From Podarcis melisellensis (taxonomy: Eukaryota), in NCBI GenBank assembly GCA_964234715.1, contig OZ174275.1: a stretch of 64,000 bases of DNA. One strand, 5' to 3'. Position numbers and translations under genes: made by a program. Shown one piece after another: positions 50,646-60,784 of this stretch (the first letter of the stretch is position 1; each line of letters opens with the position of its first letter). Under the pieces are notes generated by a model that was not told where the DNA came from, did no database searches, and saw nothing but the letters and a program-made list of their open reading frames with translations.

Positions 50646-50994
50646 GTAAAATACTTTTTTACACTGCATGTTGTTGTTTTTTAAAACCCGGTGTTGAGCC
50701 ATATGTTATTACTGTGCAAATTTCCCCAGGTATTTCAGAAATGGCTTGCTTTTCTACACCAGTCCTGCACACCAGTGAAGAATCTTGCAATGAACAGAGC
50801 CCCATTACGCCAGGGATAAGGAACTTGTGGTCCTCTAGAAGCTGCCTGATTACAACTCCCATTATCCCTGCTGGCTGGGATGAAAGCTGTAATCATAGAG
50901 TTGGAAGGGTCATCTATCCCAACCCCCTGCAATGCAAGAAATGTTTTAGCAAGACTGATTTTAAAATTGCTTTTTTATGGTTGCTTAGAGACAT

Positions 50995-51300
50995 TGCCAA
51001 TCAGAAGGTCGGTGGTTCGAATCCCCACAAAGGGGTAAGCTCCCATTGCTCCGTCCCTGCTCCTGCCAACCTAGCAGTTCGATAGCACATCAAAGTGCAA
51101 GTAGATAAATAGGTACCACTCTGGCGGGAAGCTAAACGGCGTTTCCGTGTGCTGCTCTGGTTCGCCAGAAGCGGCTTAGTCATGCTGGCCACATGACCTG
51201 GAAGCTGTACGCCGGCTCCCTCGGCCAATAAAGCGAGATGAGTGCTGCAACCCCAGAGTCGGCCACGACTGGACCTAATGGTCAGGGGTCCCTTTACCTT
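50995..51300 (+). mobile_element. Sauria SINE, slightly 5'-truncated
   Basis: B box ggttcgaatcc, cctttacctt tail; 10-bp TSD ttagagacat. Confidence 0.92.
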
Positions 51301-51733
51301 TTAGAGACATGGTGCTGGAAGAATTAATATGAAGCACATTTCATATTATTTTTCAATATTGTGATATTATACTTTAATTTTTGCTTTTTATTTAAATCTG
51401 CCATCACAACTCCCACCCACTCAAACCTACTACAGACCTTGGCGACATATCCCATAATGCTTAGGGTCCTCCAACCCTCAGGAAGTGCTGTGGTAGATAC
51501 AGGAAATCTTGGCGGGGAGAGGGGAATGGTTATTCCACTCCGCACAAGTGGAAACACTTTTTGCCATCGCTAATATCCTAAAATTGTTTATGCAGAGGGA
51601 GTTGTTTTGGTTTTTTCTGACCTGAGGGAGGGGTATAGATGAGTTGCAAATCTTCAAGGAGTGGCCCAGTTTTGGTTAGGCAAATTCGAATGTGTACATT
51701 GCATCTTATATTTCTCTGTTTATGCTGCTGTAG

Positions 51734-51925
51734 GAGATGGCAACTGAACTGGAATTAGCTGTGAGAATTTTTAAAGAGATGGAAGAACTGGAAACCACAG
51801 AAGTGGCCGTTTTCTCTAACAAAACTGATCTCCTGAATGAAGAACTGACAACACTTAACAGAAATATTAGTTCAAAACTGGAAATCCTGAAGCCGTATGT
51901 AGAATTTTTGAAGTCATCCGATGAG
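51734..51925 (+). CDS. CCDC141: CCDC141 coding exon (approx. exon 11), 192 nt, phase 0-0
   Basis: gctgtag|GAG ATG...GAG|gtactt; EMATELELAVRIFKEMEEL...ILKPYVEFLKSSDE; acceptor is a TAGGAG tandem. Confidence 0.9.
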
Positions 51926-52391
51926 GTACTTTCCCCCTCCACTCGAGAGTCATATTCCCTCGGGGTAATCTGTCAGGGGCTGCATGCCATTGGTGAAGGG
52001 GGCTGGGGTCAGTGGAAGCCAGCGGTGGGTGGGTCCACAGCCCAAAATAGATGCTTTTCTTTCTCTCATTCTCAGTTTCTGCCATCCTCCCTCCTTGTTA
52101 CCCACATAAAATTAGACAGAGGGACACAGGTTGCTCACACTTGTGTAGGTGGTACGGACCAATGTTGTTTAGAACGTAATGCAATAAACTACGAGCTCCC
52201 CAAGTACCTATGAGATGGTTATCTGAGTATTGTAGGTGGCATAGTAACCAACTTCTAGGGGCCAAGGGGTCTTCAGCACCCCCAAGAAAATATGCCCCAG
52301 TTGATGGGCATTGCCATTCAAATGGTGTGTGTGCACCACATCATGTGATCGGTTATGCGGGGCAGGGCTTGCCTGCCCCCCCCATATTTTA

Positions 52392-52642
52392 CAGTCATAG
52401 CTCAGAAGTCGGAACGCCTTGCGAGTCGAATGTTTTGGTTCCTGAATGCCGCAAACCTGGAAGTGAGTGTTCCAGTTTGAGAACGTTCTTTGGAACCCAA
52501 ATGTCTGGCATGGGTTCTATGGCTTCCGATTAGCTGCAGGAGCTTCCTGCAGCCAATCAGAAGCTGCACCTTGGTTTCCAAACATTTTGGAAGTCAAACG
52601 GACTTCTGGAATGGATTCCATTCGATTTTCGAGGTACGACTA
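52392..52642. mobile_element. Tigger/pogo-like MITE nested in another DNA element (approx. 52240-52661)
   Basis: Degenerate TIR cagtc.ta.ctc / gaggtacgact, TA flanks. Confidence 0.6.
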
Positions 52643-53780
52643 TATTCAAGTTGGCATCCCTGGCAGGGGGAAATAATTATTGCAGTGGTTTTGTTCTAAG
52701 ACTATATTTGGTCAGAGTCTAAGATTTGACAAAAGTCTCTTGAAGGACCAGAATGACTGGCAGATGTGACTTTAGTACTCAGCGAATGCCTCTGTCTAGG
52801 AATTGGCTGTTAAAATATGGTTTCTTGATTCAGAGATCTGTGGAACTATTTGAATGTGAAAGCTATGAGAAGGTGATTCCCTGATTTGAGAGGAGAGTGT
52901 ATGTGACTGAGTGTGAAAACTACCAAAATCAACTACACTTTGAGAGCATGAGAGAAACAGGAAAACAGAATGATACAGAGGGTACTTTCAAACAGTCTCT
53001 GTTTTCAAGGTGGGATTCAATTACATTCTGGCAAATTCAGGTTTCACAATTGAAGCCCACTTTCTTAAAAGATCAAACTTTTTGCAATAAGATGAATGAT
53101 GGGGGAATACACTGGAGAAAGCCATCATGTAACCTCCCTGCCAAAAAATAATAATAATTAGGACGAATGATAAATAAGTAGGTCATCTGGAAACACCCAG
53201 AGACAGAGAGCTGAACCCTGAAAGCACGGTGGGACATGGCAGGTACACCTCTCTAGAAATCTGATTGCAGTTAGGAGGTCTGCTGCCTCACTAGGCCACT
53301 AGCAGTGTAAAAGCCTCCACTGACAATGACACCCCACTTAGTGTGCAAGTAAATCAGATATTACAAAAACACTTGGCATTGCTAGTGACGAGGCCTCCAC
53401 CAAAGGGAGCCATACCCTAGTAAATGCTGCCCCTGAGACTTCTGACGGCGCAGAGAATTGGAGAGTACACAGTAAGCTCATTTAAAGGATCATCAGCCCT
53501 CGCAGGAAATAATTATATAGTGGCTGTTTAAAAAGGATCTACCCGTGATGCACTTGAGCAAAGTCCCTTTAAATGGAATAAAATTATCTCAGAAGAGACT
53601 ACGAAGTGCCCAGAGTTTTACAAAGATAAATCCCCACCTGTTCCCAGTTTTCTGAAGTCTGGAGTAGTGAAACTGGGAAAAAATTGGCATGGCATCCCTT
53701 TCCATTTGAACTAACTAAGGATGAAATTAATTTCAAAACGAACAACAAATAAGATAGTGAGTTGTTGAACAATTGCTTTG

Positions 53781-54022
53781 CAGTGGTACCTTGGGTTAAG
53801 TACTTAATTTGTTCTGGAGGTCCATTCTTAACCTGAAACTGTTCTTAACCTGAAGCACCACTTTAGCTAATGGGGCCTCCTGCTGCCACTGCGCCCCCAG
53901 AGCACGATTTCTGTTCTCATCCTGAAGCAAAGTTCTTAACCCAAGGTACTATTTCTGGGTTAGCGGAGTCTGTAACCTGAAGCGTCTGTAACCTGAAGCG
54001 TATGTAACAGGAGGTACCACTG
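53781..54022. mobile_element. Tc1/mariner MITE copy 8
   Basis: TIRs, right TA. Confidence 0.88.
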
Positions 54023-54139
54023 TATTTACTTTCCGTTGACTTCAGTGAAGGGATTCAGCTATTATACAGGCCAGAGTTAATCACAGAGAAACTCCAACAT
54101 AAATGTACAGGTTACCTACACTCATTTCTACCCCTTTAG

Positions 54140-54316
54140 GTCGGAGGTGATGCTCAGAGGCTGAAGGAATTCTATATAACGGAGGCCGTGCAAGAAGATA
54201 GCGAAGCTAAAAATGAGGCTTTGCTACAGTCAGCTGACGACCAGTGGCAGATGGTTTTAAAGAAGATTCTTTCCACTCAAGACATGGGACATGACTTTCT
54301 AAATTTAGTAAACATG
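54140..54316 (+). CDS. CCDC141: CCDC141 coding exon (approx. exon 12), 177 nt, phase 0-0
   Basis: cctttag|GTC...ATG|gtgagt; VGGDAQRLKEFYITEAVQEDSEAK...SADDQWQMVLKKILSTQDMGHDFLNLVNM. Confidence 0.92.
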
Positions 54317-55032
54317 GTGAGTCTCTCAGCAATGCTTTATTCGCTGACTTCAGCATTGACCGCCATTAAAAATCTTGGCACCATTTCCCTCAAAATATTT
54401 CCAAACATATACATATTGAAAATATCTGGGAAGGATCAGGGAAACATGGAACCATTTCTCAAAAGACAGCTCACAGGTAGAGCATGTGTGCTGTGGATAA
54501 AATGTCCTAGGTTCAATCCCAGGTATCTCCAGATACAGCTGGCAATCACCGTAGATTATATTGGGCTAGATGGACTAATAGAGAAAAGCAAGGAAGCCAT
54601 CTGAGTATCACAAGTAAGGGGCCAACATCAATGAAGAGTGGATTAACCTTACAATTGAGAAATCACATACACAAGTAAGAATTCAAGGAAGGGAAGCTTA
54701 GAAGAGAGATTGTTTGCTTATTTATCCAACATCGAAGAGAAGTATGGCAAAAAGGGGAAATAAGCTAGTTAGGTTAGGGATAAGGCTGGCATCATAGACT
54801 TCATGGGCTTTGTTTCCATGTGCAATAAAATATTATGGAAGAGAAAGGGTTCAGATTTCTCTTCCTTTTCTATACCACAAAGTGGGAGTTCTTGGTATCT
54901 TAAAAGTGGAGGCTGAAGGAAATTTTGGCTTTTTCTTGGCTCTTACTATTATGGGGATTTGGAAGTATCAAAAATTAGATTCCACCCCCCTCAGAAAAAA
55001 ATATTGAAGTTTCGTAATTCTTCATTCAACAG

Positions 55033-55212
55033 ATAAACGAGAATCTAATACTCAATGTGGGAAGTGTTGTGCAAGTAACTGAACATACTATTGATATTCT
55101 GAACAAAGAGAAGGAAGAATTGACACAGCTGTGGGCAACGTGGAAACTTAATATGAATCAAGTGAAATCCATCAAGCAGCAGTGTGGGAAATTTAATGAA
55201 CAATTTAAAACA
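55033..55212 (+). CDS. CCDC141: CCDC141 coding exon (approx. exon 13), 180 nt, phase 0-0
   Basis: ttcaacag|ATA...ACA|gtaagt; INENLILNVGSVVQVTEHTIDILNKEKEELTQLWATWKL...FNEQFKT. Confidence 0.9.
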
Positions 55213-55285
55213 GTAAGTGAAGAATATGTGATTGTTCCTGACTTTCTGCTTGCGGTTTTTATGGTGTCTTACGGTCTACCCGTTA

Positions 55286-55544
55286 CCGTATTTTTCGCTC
55301 TATAAGACGCACCAGACCATAAGACGCACCTAGTTTTTGGAGGAGGAAAACAAGAAGGAAAAAAAATTCTGAATCTCAGAAGCCAGAACAAGAGGGTTCG
55401 CTGTGCAGCAAAAGCAGCAATCTCTCTTGCTGTTCTGGCTTCTGGGATAGCTGCACAGCCTGCATTCGCTCCATAAGACGCACACACATTTCCCCTTACT
55501 TTTTAGAATGGAAAAAAATGAGTCTTATAGAGCAAAAAATACGG
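55286..55544. mobile_element. Tc1/mariner-type MITE (ccgtatttttcgctctataagac TIR)
   Basis: About 23-bp TIRs with TA TSD; internal cataagacgcac repeats. Confidence 0.82.
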
Positions 55545-56046
55545 TATTTTGATTTTGTCTAAGTTGATCAGAGAAACACTTAACAGGCCCCGAATCAAAA
55601 TCAATACTTGTCACGAGTAAGAAATATCCTGAACGAGCAAAGCATATTCAGGAGGATAATAAACTACAGTAGTTGAACTTTTAAAACAACCCCTCTTTAT
55701 TCCTAATGGCAGTACATTTTTTATTGTATTAGGTATTTTAAAATGTATAGGCTGCTTAATCAGAAAACTCTCTAAGAGATGCTCATAACGAAAAACAGCA
55801 AGATAATTTTCAATAAACTCCACACAAAATTAGCATATCTTATTTTTTGTTTTAAAAATGTGCACACGTGTGTCTAGAATTGCTGAAATAAATAAGGTTT
55901 CTAAATGTGTTTAGAACAATATGAAGGTTGCCTGCCAAAGCAAATAAATAAAATAGACAAGGCGTTCCAAAGCATAGGTGCCACCACACCAAAATAATGA
56001 CTTCATACAGATTTGGAAATGGGATCCTTTTAATGAGGGTCCTGGT

Positions 56047-57010
56047 TGTCGCGGGACCCTAAGCCACTCCCACTGGGAGAGTTGTTGCCAGGCATGGCTC
56101 AAGCCTTAACCGTTGGGCCCCGGGATCCCGCCAGGCTGTTTCGGCCAATCAGGGCAGTTGCCGCGATTCCTGGGGCCTATAAAAGTGGCAGCGCGGCGTA
56201 ACTGGGGGAACTTGCATCGTGCTGCCGAACACCCACCCTCCCTCCCTAATTTTAGGTACTGTTAATTTGGCCTTGCTTTGGATTGGGTCACCTGCTTTGG
56301 AGCAGGGGTTGGGTAGGAATTTTTCCATTTGGCAGATTGGATGTAGCCATTTGGTTTTCGCCTACCCCCTTAGCAATCGTCACAACTTTGTAAGATTTGG
56401 CGGTTTGGTATTGGCTTATTGAAGTGTGTGGGAAGGGAGGTGCGGCCAGTGTGGTGTAGTGGTTGAGAGCTGTAGACTCGTAATGTGGGGAACCGGGTTC
56501 GCGTCTCCGCTCCTCCGCATGCAGCTGCTAGGTGACCTTGGGCTAGTCACACTTCTCTGAAGTCTCTCAGCCCCACTCACCTCACAGAGTGTTTGTTGTG
56601 GGGGAGGAAGGGAAAGGAGAATGTTAGCCGCTTTGAGACTCCTTCGGGTAGTGATAAAGCGGGATATCAAATCCAAAATCTTCTTCTTCTCCATGAATAA
56701 GGGTATTCCGGTAAAGGAATCTGGGGGTCCCGGATCTCGTCCGAAGTCCCCTTGAGGGGCTAGGGCCATGCCAGGACCACAGGAACCCCAGGGTGAGCTT
56801 CATTGGTCTTCATCGATGTTGCTCCCTCATTTGGTGTTTACCCTTTCAGACAGAGAGAGGAGTCAGTTATAGTCTGTTGCCAATGCCTAAGCCAACACTG
56901 CTCACTTTGCTGCAGTCAATAAAGTTGTGCCCTAAATTTTGCCCAATAACTTAAACTAAAATTACGTGTCAGTGTGAAGTTATTTTCAGGGGGGGGGCTT
57001 GGGACGCAAC
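56047..57010 (+). mobile_element. Solo-LTR-like element, sense to gene, containing a nested SINE
   Basis: Begins TGT; CCAAT 56145, TATAAAA 56178, AATAAA 56918; homologous to 40735-41525; no clear TSD. Confidence 0.55.
56445..56690 (+). mobile_element. CORE-type SINE with (CTT)n tail
   Basis: Near-identical to 25881-26136. Confidence 0.85.
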
Positions 57011-57401
57011 TGAACATTTTATGGCACTTTGCAAGTCTGGGTTCCTCAGATAGAAGTGGTTGAATGGGCACCCTTCATCAAGAGACCACAGGGCAGTTTA
57101 CAGCATAAAACATAAAACACAAAATACGTAATATGTTTCCAAACATATATATATGAAAAACAGTTGGGCAGGAGCAGCGAAACATGGAACAATTTCATTT
57201 AAAAACAGCTCAGTGGTAAAGCACTTGCTGTGCACACAATATTGCATTTATATGAGAGTGTCCTTTTAAGATGTGTAGGTTTTCATTCACTGTTCCAGTA
57301 CTGTATACTATAGAGATTTATTTTGCATTTTTGCAAAAACATCCTGATCCTTTTCTTACTTCAACAGCATGTATTACCATATCTGTATTTATTTATTGTA
57401 G

Positions 57402-57527
57402 ACTACCCAAAGCTTAAGCATTCTTCAAGAGGCGCTCAGGTCTACGACAGCACTTGATCTTGGGAGTAACCTCTCAGTACTTATAGAACTGCAAAATAAA
57501 TTTAACCATATGAAGCCACGGTTTCAG
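57402..57527 (+). CDS. CCDC141: CCDC141 coding exon (approx. exon 14), 126 nt, phase 0-0
   Basis: attgtag|ACT...CAG|gtgaga; TTQSLSILQEALRSTTALDLGSNLSVLIELQNKFNHMKPRFQ. Confidence 0.92.
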
Positions 57528-58591
57528 GTGAGAAGAGAAATTAAGCACATCACGCCCTGTGTGAAACAAATCATTTCTAAGCGCTTGCTCCTACAAGTAT
57601 CTAAAGCAAGCTTTTCACTCCATGTTAAATTCAGCAGAAATGCTGTGCTGAATAATTTTGTGACAGAGAGAACTTCACATTTTTGGTATTGTGGATGGGT
57701 GCACATGTATAAGTTTATGAAACTGTTTTGCACGAAGTTGAAAAATGTGTCAGTTTATTTTATTATTTATTTATTTATTATGGAAATAGTTATCTAGAAG
57801 CTGTTTATAAAGTTTGTATTGAACATAGCATTTTGTGTGGAAAGGAAGTGGGGGGAAATTAGCTTACGTGGCAGAAATGTCACAAAACCATTCCCCAGTT
57901 ATATTTTGCATGCTTGAAAGAAGGAAGAAAAACAACAAAAAAACAAACAGAAATAAAAGTCTGAGATTAAATTTTTCAGGAGGGATTTAAACCTGGGCAG
58001 GCATCTTCCAGCTTCTGGTTTTCCCTTTCTGCCTAAACCCTGAGACAGGTGCCAGACAATCCACCTCATTCTGCCATAATCTGCTTTATATAGAGAATAG
58101 ATGAGAAGTTAGGGATGCTTGAGATATTTTCCTGAGAATTCTGATCTGAAATGTCTTGCTTCACACACCCTGGACTAATGTGCAGATCAGAAGTTAGCTG
58201 CCCACTTGGGTTTCACATCTCAGCTGAAACAAAATTGTATAAAACCATGAAGAGAAAATTCATTTAGAAAATACATATTTAAATCTGGATGTCGATGCAA
58301 ATTTTCATGCAGATTGGTGTTTTGTTTTGCTTTTTAAATCAGAGATTAATGCAGACACATGGCATGACAGTCTTATGAATGAGTACATACAAAAGTGGCC
58401 TGGAGGAGAAATGGACTGATTTCTCCATTGCTACTGAGAGGACAAATTTAATCTTGAATTAAAAGTCCTTCTTTTGAATGTGCCCATCTTTCAGAACAAT
58501 GGGATACAACAAGTAAGCAAGCAGACAACTCCCGGTTTAACATGAATGCAAAAGGTGGGGCAGAATTTAGGCAGATACTCAGATCTTAATC

Positions 58592-58728
58592 CAGGCATAG
58601 GCAAACTCGGCCCTCTGGATGTTTTGGGACTACAGTCCCCATCATCCCTGACCACTGGTCCTGTTAGCTAGGGATGATGGGAGTTGTAGTCCCAAAAACA
58701 TCTGGAGGGCCGAGTTTGCCTATGCCTG
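58592..58728. mobile_element. Palindromic hAT-type MITE
   Basis: Perfect TIR caggcataggcaaactcggccctc. Confidence 0.82.
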
Positions 58729-58881
58729 TTAGGGCTTAGCTTTGGAAATTGGGGGTGGGGTGGGGATTCACAGGCTAGGTGTGAACTCCACATTCAGAAA
58801 AGAAGGAAGAAGTGATTTGCTTGGATTATATGTGTGTTTCCCTTTTAAATTTCAATAATCTTCTTGCATCTGATTTGTTAG

Positions 58882-59070
58882 CAACTCAATGCTGAGGTGG
58901 AATACACATTAAAGTTATCAGAGCAGCTGAGCTTGAAAGGCGTGCCTGACATGGAAAAATCTGAGAAAGTAAGTGAGCTTATTCATCTCCATAAAGAGAT
59001 AAAGGAAAAGATGGCAGAATATGATGACATTTTCAACAAGACTATCAAATTCCATCATGTCAAAGAGGAA
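58882..59070 (+). CDS. CCDC141: CCDC141 coding exon (approx. exon 15), 189 nt, phase 0-0
   Basis: tttgttag|CAA...GAA|gtgagt; QLNAEVEYTLKLSEQLSLKGVPDMEKSEKVSELIHLHKEIKEKMAEYDDIFNKTIKFHHVKEE. Confidence 0.92.
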
Positions 59071-59335
59071 GTGAGTATAGTCACCTCTAACCTGGCAAGA
59101 ATTTATTTAACCTCAGAAGTTCTCTTGCATGTGTATTCTGTGTCCCATAAATGAACACATTAAACAAAGCACCTATGACTATATAATAACCATACTAAAG
59201 CATACACCAGCTCCTAACTCTGGATTCAGATCCAAATTTGTGTATGTCTTGAGCTTAGACATAATGGCATGTGACTGTAAAGTGGAGAGACAGAAGAATG
59301 GTTGTTAACGAAACATAATACGTTAATCTCCTCAG

Positions 59336-59515
59336 CTTGAAGGCCTCATAAAATCAGGAGGACTGAAGATCCCTGAAGCGAAAGATGTGCCCAGCGACAC
59401 TCCACATGCTAAGATTCACTTGAATAATGCTCAGGAGAAGCACGCACATATCAGGCACCTGTACAAATTGGCACTCACTCTTGGAATGGATATAATTTCA
59501 GCAGTGCAACATCCT
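59336..59515 (+). CDS. CCDC141: CCDC141 coding exon (approx. exon 16), 180 nt, phase 0-0
   Basis: ctcctcag|CTT...CCT|gtaagt; LEGLIKSGGLKIPEAKDVPSDTPHAKIHLNNAQEKHAHIRHLYKLALTLGMDIISAVQHP. Confidence 0.92.
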
Positions 59516-60384
59516 GTAAGTCAACAGAACGGCCCTAGCAGTGGAAGAAAGCAGGGATAATAACGGGGCATGGTGCTTCCTTTTCTCCATTACTTCTGGG
59601 TTGGGCTGTTTACAACAGATTTAGAAGGATACCAGAGATTGAACCTGACAATTGCCTATTTTCCCATATTGTATAATATGACAATTTCTATGACTGAGCT
59701 AGGCTATTTACAAGTTAACCCAAAGGCAACATCCAAATCCCTTCAGGCTGAGAGATTAAATGCCAGGATCGCTCAGCAAGCATCACATAATTGTATATTC
59801 CTCTATTACTTCCTCAGCATTCAAGAAAGGCTAATGTAGAACTAGACTCAGGCATTTAAACCAAATAAGCATGTTTCTATTGTACCTCAATGTACAGTTT
59901 GATAGAGGGCCTAATATAAAGAGTACACAATGGTAACAACACAATAAAAATAACAAAATGATAGATTATAATTTCTTTCAAAGACCCAGTGCTCAGTTGC
60001 TCCTCTGCATTCAGTATTAGCAACGAGGCATGTTTTCTTTGTCCAGAGGGATTCTCTGTCTGTATCTTCCATGACATAGCCACATGATTCACTCCTACCC
60101 CTCAAAGCGGTACCACACAAAAAAAGAAGATACTGTAGCAGGTTCAGAATACAAAAATCAGACAGTTAACTAGAACAATCTGGTGGGAATATATTTCCCC
60201 AAGTTTATGCCAATGTCAAGCTTCACGCCTTTTTTAGGCAGATGCAGAAGTGAACCCCATATTTTCAAATCTTGCCAGAATGTTACCACATCAACCTCTT
60301 GGAAGAACATAATCTTACTGTAAAATAGGTTAATTTTAAATTGAAGGGTTTTTTTAAATAAAAGACAATAACAAAACTGAAGTA

Positions 60385-60506
60385 ATGTAGCTTTTAATGT
60401 TTGATGTATTACAGTATTTTAATATTTTAAATTTTTTTTTGGAAGCCGCCCAGAGTGGCTTGGGAAGCCCAGCCAGATGGGCAGCACAGCAGGGTATAAA
60501 TAATAA

Positions 60507-60560
<54 letters not shown>
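60385..60560 (+). mobile_element. L2-clade LINE 3' end with (TTA)n tail, close to exon 17 acceptor
   Basis: ggaagccgcccagagtggct...cagatggg...gggtataaataataa. Confidence 0.8.
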
Positions 60561-60634
60561 ACAAATAGTGTTGCAGGTCAGTTTGCAGCCCCTGATGCCA
60601 CCTTTTTCAGCCAGATTTCTGCATCTCATTCTAG

Positions 60635-60784
60635 AATTCCTTTAATGTTTCTGTAAAGAACCTGCAGCAGCAGCTCATGACCCTTGAGTCTGACAGCGTG
60701 AACTGGGATTCCAAAGCTGAAAAGTATGAGGAAGATTTGTCGCACATCCTCCACTTCTGCACCACAAAAGACGAGATACGTGAG
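60635..60784 (+). CDS. CCDC141: CCDC141 coding exon (approx. exon 17), 150 nt, phase 0-0; gene continues beyond window
   Basis: cattctag|AAT...GAG|gtctgg; NSFNVSVKNLQQQLMTLESDSVNWDSKAEKYEEDLSHILHFCTTKDEIRE. Confidence 0.9.

Noticed and set aside
41132-56422. Two ORFs sharing FS.WQIG.SHLVFAY...HNFVRFG
   Set aside because: The similarity follows from nucleotide homology of two LTR-like copies; frames diverge outside the core.
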